64,000 nt of DNA from the human T2T-CHM13v2.0 reference genome, Homo sapiens. Below are positions 1 through 13,694 of the stretch, piece after piece. The stretch lies in assembly GCF_009914755.1 (NCBI RefSeq), contig NC_060936.1; one strand, 5' to 3'. Position 1 is the first letter of the stretch; the number at the start of each line of letters is the position of its first letter. Position numbers and translations under genes: made by a program. The notes under the pieces are model-generated. The model had not been told where the DNA came from. It saw nothing but the letters and a program-made list of their open reading frames with translations, and made no database searches.

Positions 1-470
1 TGTTTTAGATTTGCACTGCTGCTAAAACAAATTATCATAAATTTAGTGGCTTAAATACTACAAAATTATCTTAACAGTTCTACAGATCAGAAGTCTGGTA
101 TTTGTCTTACTAAGCTAAAATCAAGGTGTCAGCAAGGCTGCATTGCTTTCTGGAGGCTCTAGGAAGGAATCCATTTCCTTGCCATTCCCAGCTTCTAGAA
201 ACTACCTGCAGACCTTGGTTTGGGGACTCCTTCATCTTCAAAGTCAGAAGTGTTGCATCTCTCTAACCCTAGTTAAGAAATAATCTGTTTTTAAGGGCTC
301 ATATGATTAGACTGAACCCACCTAAATAATATGGGATAATCTCCCATCTCAAGGTGCATACCAATAATCACATTTGCAAAATCTCCATGCCATATAATGT
401 AACATATTAACTAGTTCCAAAGATTAAGTCATAGACATCTTTGGGAAAGCCATTATTCTGCCTCCTATAC
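1..470 (-). mobile_element. MaLR LTR (MLT1-like)
   Basis: MLT1-type reverse-strand phrases 'ttagtggcttaaa', 'tcaaggtgtcagcaaggctg', 'ccattattctgcct'; subfamily and boundaries approximate. Confidence 0.7.
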
Positions 471-720
471 CGTGTACCATAAAGGAACTTTCCTAGGTTT
501 CCTGTCTGTCCTCAACCTTTCCAGTAAGCATTCGGTAGAAGCCCAAGGGGAAAAGCTGGCAATTACAGACCACTCCTGTGTCTGGGGCTCCCAGGTATTC
601 TAAACTGTCACATTAAACTACACTCAACCTTTGTAAGAATTTGTTAAAATTTCAGCCATTTTCTTGTTACCTACTGAAACGCCAGAGAACTCTTCTGGAG
701 TTCTGCCACAGATGAAATAA

Positions 721-1019
<299 letters not shown>

Positions 1020-1505
1020 AAAATTCAGTTTACCTGCTCACCTTGTAACTTCAGTTCTAACAAGCTCAAAATAAATTATGACTTTGTAGCCTACCTAGTT
1101 TACTCTCTTTGTTAGAGCAGAAGCAACATTCTCTTTTGGTCTACTGCTAACTAAAAGGAAGTAAAATTCTCAAGCTGGTTTTCAAAATGCATGCATAAAT
1201 GCATGCTATATCATATTCTTCCACATGCATGGTTTACAAATGTCTCAATTAAAAAATAGATTCATGTATAGGTGATTTTTTATGCACCTATGAAATCTGG
1301 CCTTGTAATGAAGAATACAATAGATCTTAATAATCTGACAATTATTAAGTGTGTTTCATTGTCTAAAAGAGAGGTTTGAGGGGAGAAAAAGAAAAGTCTT
1401 TCTTGAAATATGGAAATAAGAGTATATATTTAGCTCTGAGTATGTTCTGGTAAGAATTACAATGACGTCAAACTATATGTACATATTAAAGCCATGGCAA
1501 AAAAC

Positions 1506-1520
1506 GAAAGAAAGAAAGGA

Positions 1521-1567
<47 letters not shown>

Positions 1568-1673
1568 GAAAAGAAAAGAAAGAAAGGAAAGAAAAGAAAG
1601 AAAAGAAAGAAAAGAAAGAAAGAAAGGAAAAGAAAAGAAAAGAAAAAAGAAAGAAAGAAAGAGAAAAGAAAAA
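1506..1673. repeat. (GAAA)n / (GAAAA)n purine microsatellite
   Basis: Directly visible; explains the K/E/R-rich ORFs at 1462 and 1494. Confidence 0.97.
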
Positions 1674-1745
1674 TTAAAGAGTTTTTATGTGGGCTTCTAC
1701 TTGATTTTATTTTTTCCTAATACAAAAAAGTTTTCGTCAAGGCTT

Positions 1746-2483
1746 TCAAGGAGCCAAGGTTTCCCATCATATCAAGAATCTAATCTTCCACAGCATTATC
1801 AGTGAGGTCTGACTCAGCTTGCTCTTCCCAAGAATCAGAATCAGAGTGATCAGAAAGGCAGAAGGCTCCTACTATCTGCAAAAGCACCATGCCCAGCAGG
1901 CTGTTTACCATAAAGTGAATCAAATCTGCTATAAAAGCTGAAAAACAGTACATGATAAAAAGAAAATAAGAAAGATTACGACTCCAAAATCATTTATTTC
2001 CCAATTGAATGTTAATAAACCAAGGACTCCATCAGAATCATAATATTCACATAATTAATTCTACACTTTATCCAAAGGAAAAATGGCTGAGAAAAATTAG
2101 CTATTGTGAACCACCCCCACCTCCAAAAATTATCAGGCAGATAGCAAACCAAAGGGTTGAGTACTGATCAGTGTCCAAAAGGAAACGTACTTTTTTTCTA
2201 GTTTGGCATTAGCACAAGTTAATGGTGTGGTGTGAACATAAGTATAAAAATATTAAGCAGTATTAAACACAGCTGTTAAATTCTGGAGCTGGCTAACCTG
2301 ATGAAAAGTCAGTTAAAGGAAGCTTCCAATGCCCAAGCCAGTCAATGCAGTTAATCTGTAAAATCAAGCCATTTCCAATCATGAATTTTCTAATTTGTAC
2401 AATCAAGCCATTTCCAATCATGAATACTCTAATCATGAATTCTCCTAATATCACCCGCAGCAAAAGCAGTGTGGATTAGGCAT
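1746..2483 (-). pseudogene. Decayed TAS2R bitter taste receptor pseudogene with internal deletion
   Basis: Minus-strand translation across frameshifts gives VILGEFMI..GNGLILQINCIDW..KLPLTDF..LASSRI*..FWTLIS..WFAICL..IANFSQPFFLWIKCRINYV..[ECL2-TM5-ICL3 missing]..LFIMYCFSAF..DHS-ILILGKSKLSQTSLIMLW: TAS2R motifs in the correct order; ATG at 2483. Confidence 0.88.
2362..2444. repeat. 39-bp tandem duplication inside the TAS2R relic TM1
   Basis: 'aatcaagccatttccaatcatgaat' at 2362 and 2401. Confidence 0.9.
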
Positions 2484-3471
2484 TCAAATCTAAACATCAA
2501 GGGGCAGATAAAATCTACAACCACCTAAATTATTGCTCCTATCCCACTCTCAGGTGGAAAGAAGGAAATCTTTCTTCAGCTCTAGAGCATTAAGGAGTAG
2601 GATTTGGAGCTTTGTGACTGTTCTTTGCCTATTCCCGTCCCATTGGAATAGGCCCTCAATCTGGCCATGTTATCAGTGGGTGGCTGCTATTTTCCCCACG
2701 GTCTCAGGGTGGAAGATAAGGTTTTCATGGAGTTACCCAGAAACGGAGCAAGTAGGGCGTAAAGGGTGGCACAAAAGAGGAATAGAAGACAGAATGAGTC
2801 CACATAGCTTTACATATTTGGAAATGAAAAATCCAGGAACGTAATGACTCCTGTGACTCTGAATGGCTCTGTGTATTAGTCTTTCAGTTTTCAAAGGGAG
2901 TAAATTATATGTGTGAACTGAAACTATATATCTTCTCCCAGTTCTCAGAATTGATCATTTATTTTACATCGCTCTTCAGTCTCTATACCAGTATTTTAGA
3001 AGTTGTCATAAGTAATTCCTCTAAGTGCTACCTCGCTGGAGTGGTACTGGAGCAGCAAAGTAGCAAAAGAATACTAGCTGGGAGCACAAAATTAATTTTT
3101 ACAAATTTCTCAGTGGCACGTTATTTCTACCAGTCATATAATCAGTAGACTATATAGAAACAGAGGTACTCTAGGGTACCGTACTTGTGCTCTGAATAGC
3201 TGCTAGACATGCAGTGCACGGTGCGATGTGTGGTATCTCAACAATGCTTTTCAGAACAAGACTGTAACCTTAAGGTCATGATCAGAAATCACACATTTGA
3301 ATAATCCATGAATGAAGACGGTGTGTGCGATTAAAAAATACAGTGCTTTCTAGTTAAAATGGGAGATAAGTGAAGGTAATGAAATGTGCATCATTTAAAT
3401 AACAAAAGTATTGTGGCTATTAGAGATTCACTGTGCTGTTACTCTAATGGTATTAAGAGTTTGGAAGTACA

Positions 3472-3825
<354 letters not shown>

Positions 3826-4473
3826 TCACAGATGCATCTCCATGCAGAAATGGCTGAAGCTTCCACAGCTAATCTGAACTTTTTAAGGGTTTACATGGCT
3901 GGGAATATAATTTTGTATGTATGTCCTTATGTATATACGCGTGTGTGTCCACTAGTTTTTTGCTTGAATGTTTATCATTTCTGTCACTTGCAATTTAAAT
4001 ATTCCTAATAAATAGAAAAATCCAAAGACTAAGATTGTGATCCTTTTTATGTCTATGGTATATTATGAATACAGAGACCTTGTGCTTTTATTGGCGTAGG
4101 AATCATCTTGCCCTAATATTAATGTTATGAAATCAAAAGGGTAAGATTCCTAACATCCCACATAACACAGCAGACAAACTAAAGTTTTAATCTAGCTTTG
4201 GCCCTTACAAATTTTGTGCCCTACGGCAAGTTACATCTCGCTTAGATTTTTTCATTTTAAAGTGGAACTATCTGCATGGATGTTCGTACATGCTATATAA
4301 CACATCCTATTCCAGAGCCACCTACCATCAGTTGAGCTCTAAATGGTAAATGCCACAGTGAGAAGCAGACAGGAAGGGGCGGAGCGCCAGCGGCGCCCGG
4401 GGCTACGCGCCGCACTGCACCGAGCGGCGGCAGCGGCAAGCTTGGGTGTGAGCCCAGGGGCCGCTTTGCTTAC

Positions 4474-4850
<377 letters not shown>

Positions 4851-6140
4851 ATGGCGAGCCCCACAGTCTCGCGAGAGTGCTCAGGCGCTCTTCGTGGCTG
4901 CCCTCTTAGCTGCTAGCGGAGCTCCTCAGGGGGCGGCCGGGAGCCTACAATCCCTAGAAAGAAAATACGCCGTTCCGGAAACAGAACTGCAGTTAAGACC
5001 CTCGAAAAGATCTAAGAAAGTGTGCATCCTAAAACACCTGACGAATTTCAGAATGTGACAAAGCGCAGAGGATGCATTATTTCAAAACAAAACAGAAGGC
5101 TAAAATTTGCAGGAAAAAGAAAATCAGTAAACCGGGAATCCTCGGACTGGATTGTAAGCAAGATTTGAATGAATAAGAAGCTGAAGGTATTAAGGCTGTG
5201 ATATAGAAGGTACATATTTCATCCCACAAGAGAAAACAATAATAATCAGAAATTTTCGGTGAAAAAAACGCAAAACTGTACAGGAAAATCATCCTCCAAG
5301 TACCAGACATAAAATGCTGCAAGCTTTTGAACTAATGGCGAGAGTGTAAGAAAATGGACTCTACTTCAGTGATCCTGTGGCAGGACGTGGATCAAGACTT
5401 GGAACCGCAGAAAACGAAATCCCATAGTAGCACAAAGCTTGGCTGTTCAGTGAATAACATTTAAATAATCGTAAAATACAAATGTTGTTTATGGTTTTTA
5501 TTGTTTAAGGGCATACTTAATTATGGTTACAAAGTGGAGTGCAAATGTTATTTACCATGTTTTAAAAATACAGCCGGAAAATACAAGTGGGAATGTTGAA
5601 GGAGGGCAGGGGAAGTAAATGGAATGGGGGTTATGTCCTTATAAAGTGGAAACTTGAAAGGTACTGTCTGTTGTTGAGTGGGGAAAGACATTTTTATTAC
5701 TTACAGGGTAGCCATAAAGTTTCTAAAACGGTAATATATTAAAGAGGGAGAGTGGTAGGGGAGAACAGTATGAAGTCAACAGGAAATGGCTAAAGATGGA
5801 GAGCTCAGGTAGAATAGTTTAAAAAATGAAAATTGATAGAGTACCTGGTGTATTTGAATACAGCCTAGAGAGCTTTCATTTTCCAAAGAGTGTGGGGATA
5901 AATTAGTGAATGCATATTTTTCAAAATTAAGAAAACAGAACATATAATTTTGAACGCTGAGAAAAATAAAAATTTAAAAACTACACTGTATACACGGTAT
6001 ACCTCAACTGTGAATAATAGTAGTCATGTAAAGTCAGTCATAATTATGTAAATACTGAATACTGATTTTACAACAAATGATTCTATAACGCTGGGAGGAT
6101 GGGAGAAAAGAGATGTGTGTGTGTGTAATGGTGGTGAGCC

Positions 6141-6343
6141 AATCAAGATCTGATATAGAAAAATGCAGAAAAAGGAGTATACACATGTTTTCTTCGGATT
6201 AAAAAAACTAATAATAAATCACCAAGAGTGGTAAAGTTTTAAATCAAGATCTGATATAGAAAAGTGCAGAAAAAGTAGTATACGCATTTTTTTTTTCAGG
6301 AAAAAATTAACTAATAAACCACTAAGAGGGGTAAAGTGTTAAA
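6141..6343. repeat. About 101-bp tandem duplication
   Basis: 'aatcaagatctgatatagaaaa' at 6141 and 6242 with diverged continuation. Confidence 0.9.
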
Positions 6344-7063
6344 ATAGTTGCATTGTTCTATATTCCACTCATTGTGTCCAGCAAACAGTGTTCTATGGCT
6401 TTAAATAGTAAGCATCTTGCCCCGTCCAACACCATGTCTGGCCTAGGGTAATTGTTCTTTCTAGTCTTTATTCTTTGTCTCCAGCCAAACTCCATTTGGG
6501 CACATTCTCCTATAGCCTTTTCTACCTGAAGATACTCTGTGTTTTAAAGCTAAGCTTAGGTGGCGCTTTTTCCATTAAATTTTTCCTGGATTCCACTGAC
6601 CATATAGGAGCTCACTTCTTTTAATCCATAAGGCCATTTTCATAGGTTGCCTTATTTTTCCCTAATCGTGCATCAACTATCTGTTTTATATACCCAAGAC
6701 AGGTTTCCTAGACTGCGATAAGCCAAAACATTTTAGTCTAAAATATCAGAAGTGTAGTTTAATCAATGAAATAGTAATACCAAGGGATTTAGAATCGTGG
6801 ACATCACTGTTTCCCAGAGCACTGATGTCCCAATTTGTAACACAAAAGACTGTCTAGTCTTAATCCTGAAATGGTGACAGAGTAGGATGCTCCATTTGGG
6901 TGACTATGTGAACATATTCCTACAACTTTTTTCCTCACATCAGTCATTTGTTAAATCGAAGATGAAGAAACAGACTTTGTATTTATTACATCCTCCAACA
7001 TAATTGGCAGCTCTGTGAGGGAAGACACTATATCCTATTCAATTTTACACCCGGTAGTAACAG

Positions 7064-7268
7064 TATGTGTGTGTACTGTATATATACATATATATATACA
7101 TACACATATATAAATTTAAGTAGTAACTATATATGTATATATGTATAGTTACTACTTACTATATATGTATACAGTATATAAGTATATATGTATAGTTACT
7201 ACTTACAATATATGCATAAAGTTACAGCTTACATTTACCTCGTAATATATGTATATATATATATATTA
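7064..7268. repeat. Complex (TA)n-rich repeat with internal inverted repeat
   Basis: Directly visible TA runs; 15-bp inverted repeat 7117-7131 / 7144-7158. Confidence 0.9.
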
Positions 7269-7969
7269 GGAGTTAAATGTATTAGGAGGTAAATGTAAAC
7301 TCTGTGGTTTATCATTTATTCACAATTGCTCTTAATTCTTGGGGTATAGTTTGCCTCCTACATGATGCAATTCAGTGAAATTCCCAGGAGACAAAACAAG
7401 ATTTTGACCTGAATAAACCACTTATTGTTGTAATTCACAAGTGAGTTTATTTTTCCTGGCACACTTCCAGGTAATATCCATTAGGCTAAGGATTTTGTTT
7501 GTTCACTGTTCTATCCCCAAGCCTAGAGCATTGCCCAGTGCGGAATAGCTAATAAATATTGTTGAATGGATAGATGAATGGCAATTTTGTTGGTATGCTC
7601 TACATAGTCAGCAGTCAATAAAGGAAACATATATTCGTTCCTGATAATAAGATGATTCACTTTATTGCCCATAAATTGGGCTTTTTCAGGCCATCATGCA
7701 CGTTGATTGATCCAGAGATCCCTCAAGCATGAAAAAGCAGAGACATAGGTGGTATAGTTATTATCAATAGAGATAAGAAATGTAGCTGGCAAAAAAAAAA
7801 ATGGGAAACGATGCGTTACAGCTTATTTTAACTATAAAAGGAAAACAGTGAACATAGCAACATATGTAACCTAAGGGATAGGGGAAAAGTTGTTTTTTTT
7901 TTTAAATTCTGGGTAAAAATATGTGTGATTACTTGACAAATAGCATATCATTACCATCAGCATCATTTT

Positions 7970-8160
7970 TAAAATATATTGAGTTTTTAATACCAGGAAC
8001 TATGAAAAACTATTTATATACATGAGCTCCGTAATTCTCACATATACCCTGTGAGGAAAACATTTTTATCATTTTTCAGAGAAGCAAACCGGGATTTAGA
8101 GAGGTTAAGTAAATTCCTAAGGTCATGATAACCAACCAGACCTCAAATGAATCTCCAGTA
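7970..8160 (-). mobile_element. MIR
   Basis: 'gagaggttaagtaaattcctaaggtcat' MIR core-like sequence. Confidence 0.6.
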
Positions 8161-8911
8161 ATTCCTAAAGTTATATTTCATAAGGAGTTCAATTTTCTTA
8201 AATGTGTAGATAATTACAAATAATTCTGTTTCTCAAATTTCTGGACAGAAATATTACCTGGGTAATAGTTATTTTTTTTAACATAACTATTGAGGGTCTT
8301 TCATACTAAAATATAAATATTTAACATGATTTGATATGTAAGTTCAAGTATTTTATACTCTGCAGCCTTAAACCTATTGGCTTATTTTATTAGAGGGTTG
8401 GTGGGATTGAGGGATATGGGAGCAAAGGGAGAGAGAGGAAAGAACGTTGTCCTCAGAATGGAAGGGAAACACTTTCCTGTGCTACCCAGAGTAGAGATCA
8501 GACAATGTTAAATTTTGAAGCCATGTCTGTTCCTGTCCTGAGGATCCCTAACTAAATTGTGTTAGAAAATCTTGCAGTTTGCTTTTAATGGGAGATGTTT
8601 CTGGCAGGACATCAATAGCTTTTGATAGCGTCAAGAAGAAAATAAAGTTACATGCAGAAGCATAAAGGGGTAGGATGAAAGTTGAGGAATATAGGGACAA
8701 AAGATGAGGGAAAGGAATATCCTAATACTTGGAAGTTTGAGCATGGAAAGTAGTCTAAAGACGACTTGGGAAGTTCCAAGAAAATGAACCAAGAAAAGAA
8801 CCTCTGCAAGAACTATGAGAATTCCCAACAATTGGGTTGGATTGATTCATATTAGTCTATTACTTGGGTTACCTTGAGTGTGGGGATTCTTCTTGCAGTT
8901 TTAACACTTGT

Positions 8912-9263
8912 ACTATGGTCTGAATGTGCCCCCCAAAAATTCACATGTTGGCATTTAACCCCCAAAGTGATGATCTCAGGAGATGGGACCTTTGGGAGGT
9001 GATCAGGTCATAAAGATGAAACCCTCGTGAATGGGATTAGTGCCTTTATAAAGGAGACCCCAAAATAATTCCCTTACCCCTTTTGCCATGTAAGGTTATA
9101 GGGAAAAGTCATCTATGAACAAGGAAATGAACCCTCACCAGATACCAAATTTGTGAATGCCTGGATCTTGGACTTCCCAGCTTCTAGAACTATAAGAAAT
9201 AAATTTCTGTTGTTCATAAGCACCCATTTTATGGTATTTTTTATAGCAGCCTGAACAAACTAG
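8912..9263 (+). mobile_element. MaLR solo LTR (MST/MLT1A-like)
   Basis: 'tactatggtctgaatgtgcccccc'...'ggatcttggacttcccagcttctagaac..aaataaatttctgttg'...'atagcagcctgaacaaactaga'. Confidence 0.85.
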
Positions 9264-9789
9264 ACTTAATAGGATTTGCTCAGCAGGATTACCACCAGGT
9301 CAAGTCATGAGATCTTTTCAAAATATAAGTAAACCTCCCCTTACCCCTACTCTCCACAAATACAAATTTCAGCAATGCTCTTGGAACAACTAAAAGGCCC
9401 AAGGACCTTCCCAAAAGCCTACTACAAATGAAGAAACTATGGAAGTCTTAGTAGCTTAATTGCAGGACATCCCTGCCAGTTTCTATCCTGATTAGGGATC
9501 TGCAATGAACATTACAAAATCTTCACCATCTCCATGGCTTTCAACACCAAGCATATGGACTTAGCCACTGTAAAATAGTGGCATGCATCAATGAACAATA
9601 AAGAGAAATGGAGATCATTCATATTATTAGTGAGGGAAGTTGGGTACAACTTTTCATCAACCAAAAAGAGGGAGAAAAAAATCACACCACCAAATAATGA
9701 AATACTGTAACTAGAATGTCTTGGCTCTAAGATCATTGGCAGAGAATTAGAGATTATGTTCAGCAGATTAAAAAAAAAAAGAAAACAGC

Positions 9790-9860
9790 TGTGATCATGC
9801 CACTGCACTCCAGCCAGGGCTGCAGAGCAAGACCCTGTCTCAAAAAAACAAAAAGCCAAA
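9790..9860 (+). mobile_element. Alu 3' fragment
   Basis: 'gatcatgccactgcactccagcc..agcaagaccctgtctcaaaa'. Confidence 0.85.
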
Positions 9861-10689
9861 AATACGAGATGTTTAAAAAAAGAACTGTTGTTCAAGAGAT
9901 CATTTTCACTTTTTAATTGGTTTTTGAAAACTGTGAAAGTATCTCAAACTGAAGTCTAAAAGGAAAATAATAGAAGCTTCAAAGTTCAGGGGCCAGGTTA
10001 TATCTATATAAAAGGGAAGCTAACTTATTTCCAGAACTGATTCATTTATTAAACATGGGGCTAAGGAATAGAGGTGGCAATATACAAGTCAGGATAATGC
10101 CTTTGTCTTCTGAAGCTGCATCTACATTGGTGCCCCTCAAAATAGCTAAAATTGAAAATAGTTTATCTGTCACCTGGGATTTCTTCTACAAATAACCTTC
10201 CCAAAAAAATATTGCCTAACATTTTTCTGAATTTATCAAGCCAACCATCTGATCAATTTTCTAAATGAAGATTTATTCTTGGCAATAATCTAGCTCAGGG
10301 CCTAGGTCTTGTACACAGCATTAAGCAATGTAACAGATGAGTGCACTGGAAGTATGGATTTGCAGATGGCCTCCTTGTTTCTGTATTTTAATTAAGGAAG
10401 TCTCTAGCTCAAAGGACATGAGATTAAGGGCAGCAGCAAACCATGTGAACTATCAGAGATTCAACAGAGACAATCACGCCCTCTGAAATATGTATTGATC
10501 CATGCATATTTTCACTAGGATGTTTTCTTTGAGTAAAGCTAAGGACAACATGGCTTGCGCACCCAAAATATCTTCTCATCTTAAGTTCTAGGCCTAAGGC
10601 AGGGCTCAGGCATCAGCCGTTTTTGGCATTAGAAACAGGTTATTCAGGTTATTGGCAACTCTTCTATAAATCAACTGTGTGACCAAACT

Positions 10690-10725
10690 GGGTTGGCGGG
10701 GGGGGGGGGGGGGGGCAGGGGCGGG
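10690..10725 (+). repeat. G18 homopolymer with flanking G-tracts (potential G-quadruplex)
   Basis: G run 10698-10715 plus GGG/GGGG tracts on both sides. Confidence 0.85.
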
Positions 10726-11165
10726 AAACTCAAAAACTCTCATGACATCAAGACTATAAACTTACTTTAGGGGAAAGCAATTGGCAAAAAAAAAAAAAAA
10801 AAATGTCGATCATTTTCTTTTCCCAATTATTTGTTCCCAGGATAGGATACAGTTCTCTCCAGATTGCCTGAAACTAGCTTTGGATGTAAGAGTCGTGGTT
10901 TTCTTGGATCGTGGCTTGCATCTCCAACCCAAGCTTTCATTATGGAAAATGATGGTGCAGAGCTTAATCTCAAAATGCCATTGTAATAGGGAGACTGCAA
11001 TACAGTGGTAGCAACAGTCCCACACTTTCTCCCAGCCTTCATCATTTAATAGTCATTTTCTGTGCTTTTATTATCTGGAATAGGTCTCTGCTCCATATGG
11101 CTTCATCTCTGCAAGGATAGTACGTGAGATGTGAAGACTTAATCCTAATGAGACATTTACTTCTA

Positions 11166-11650
<485 letters not shown>

Positions 11651-12747
11651 TTATTTACTGAAAGGAGTAATTCCAAACCATATTATCCTCACTATCTGAA
11701 CCTAAATATAGCCAGTGTGATTTTAATGTTGCCCTTTCTAAAGCAAGATAATGCCCATGATAATCATTAGGAAATTTATTATACAGTATCTAACAATGAA
11801 TGGAGTTTTAAAAATCTAAATGTCTGTATAGGCCTGGACTGGCCTTAAGATTATATATTATATACATTTTCAGTTACTTTATTTTTTTGTAAAAGTCAAC
11901 CTAGAACTATACACAAATACAAACATGCCTAAAATTTATGCAAATATGTGACATTCTCTTATAAATTTTCCTTTATGTTCTTATTCTTAGTGAGTTAGTT
12001 GGTTGTGTTAGTTTTCTCTGGTGTGACACACTAGTATTCATGGTATGACAAAAATATGTCATTACACATGTGCACACACACAGAGATCCTGTGTCAAAGT
12101 GTGGTTTTGATCCAAAAAAGTAAAAATATAAGCATCATTATGGACATAGGGATAAGTATTCAACTTCTTTTTAGAAATTCAATTGATTTTGCACTTATCC
12201 TACAAAGGTAGGATAGCTTGAATTCCTAGCTGGAGTCCTAATGAGAGAATGCTATTTTGTTTTAAAAGTTACCTCTATTGCTATGAGATTATATGCTTTC
12301 AATATTTTTAGTTCTTAATGTATTTGACTTAGTGTTATAAAAATATGCCACCTACTCCAGATTGGAGTAGGTATTAGGTTCTAATGGCATTTAGAACCAT
12401 TTCCAAATATTACTGTTTTTTTTCCTCACATGTGAATGTAATCACACATTTGCCAGCACATATAAAATAAATACATGTTGCATTATATATTTTACATTTA
12501 TATTAAGTCTCAAATATTTCCTAGTTACTAGCAAATATTAAAATGACAATGATACTTACTTTTTAAAAAAAATCCGGTATTACATTGGCTGACTTTATGA
12601 GTAAATCGTTCATTTATAGGCCATTCTAGGGAAATTTTGTGATGCTTAATTACACCTTAAAATAATCTGGGTGAAAAACACATGCTAAAATACATCTTCA
12701 ATGTGTTCTCATTAATTCCCCTGGAATACAGAAAAATCCAGAAAAGT

Positions 12748-13694
12748 CTACAAAACTAAAGTTTCACTCTTTTTAGGTGGCACTTAAGATGCCACAGTGG
12801 TCCCACAGCAGTCTGTCTCAGCTTGCAGTTTTCCAAAATTAGGACAAATGAGTGGCTTGAAGGAAAAATAATTGACGTTAACAAGACAAAAAAATTGGCC
12901 TGCTATTTCTGCTGTATAAGGAAAATCCAACCTGTTGGTAGGAGAGAAGAAAAGTGAACCAAAAAGAAGAGGAGAAAAGACACCATCATTTTCATTTTCA
13001 TTTTCATGGCCCTCTTATGGGCCTTCATTCTGAGGTCCCTCGGGCCCATGGTGTTGAGCTGCAAATTCCTGATATGTCTCATCAAGGACAGAATTAAAAG
13101 GAGCAGTGAGATCAGGGACAGAAGAAAGGAAATTAAGTAGATCAAACTGACAAGAATCCAGAGGCTACAATATAGAATTTTACTTACATCTGAAGACCAA
13201 GTTGAGTTTCTTTCATAAATTGTGTAGATGTTAATCCACAAGTCACTAAGTCCACCTGTTAATGCAAGGTTGAAAAACAGTAAGAGCAAGGACCCCAGTG
13301 GGAGTTCAAGTAGCGTTCTGCTAATTCTCCATCTCAGCCAGATGAAGCATGGGTGGGAAAAATAGGTATTTTAAAGAAGTAGAAAACACTAAGGCAGCAA
13401 GCCAGGTAACTAAGTGATTGGTCAGTGCCCAAAAAATATGAATAAATTTTATTAGTTTATTGAAGGCATATAGATGTGGCCATAATGCTGTTACAAATGA
13501 ATCAAGTAGTATTATCCAAAGTTGACTGATTGTGGAGATAGCCAGGCTGGTGAGGATGCAGTTGTCTAATAAGATCATTTGACTCCTCACCAGTCAATGC
13601 AGTTAACTAGTACAATGAACCCATTCCCTAACATTCAGATTATGAATTCTCCCATCATTACTATCAGAAAGGTATTTCCAATTCCAGGTGGCAT
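12748..13694 (-). pseudogene. TAS2R67P: TAS2R pseudogene, closest paralogue of TAS2R42
   Basis: MPPGIGNTFLIVMMGEFII*MLGNGFIVLVNCIDW, frameshift near 13590, LAISTISQLW, ERNSTW, AHKRAMKM, stop at 12903, FPSSHSFVLILENCKLRQTAV; colinear with TAS2R42; symbol assigned from recalled gene order. Confidence 0.85.

Noticed and set aside
1462-1805. K/E/R-rich ORFs (also LPSF/RKEG ORFs near 34793-35953)
   Set aside because: Translations of (GAAA)n and (GGAA)n microsatellites
9512-9895. 127-aa hydrophobic minus-strand ORF as another TAS2R fragment
   Set aside because: Non-ATG start, partly Alu-derived, and no TAS2R motifs recognised
11938-11945. Additional ATGCAAAT octamer
   Set aside because: Not upstream of any gene; it shows that chance octamers occur in this AT-rich DNA and tempers the promoter finding
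12903-13590. 128-aa and 89-aa TAS2R-like ORFs as separate genes
   Set aside because: Fragments of one frameshifted pseudogene with a stop at codon 20
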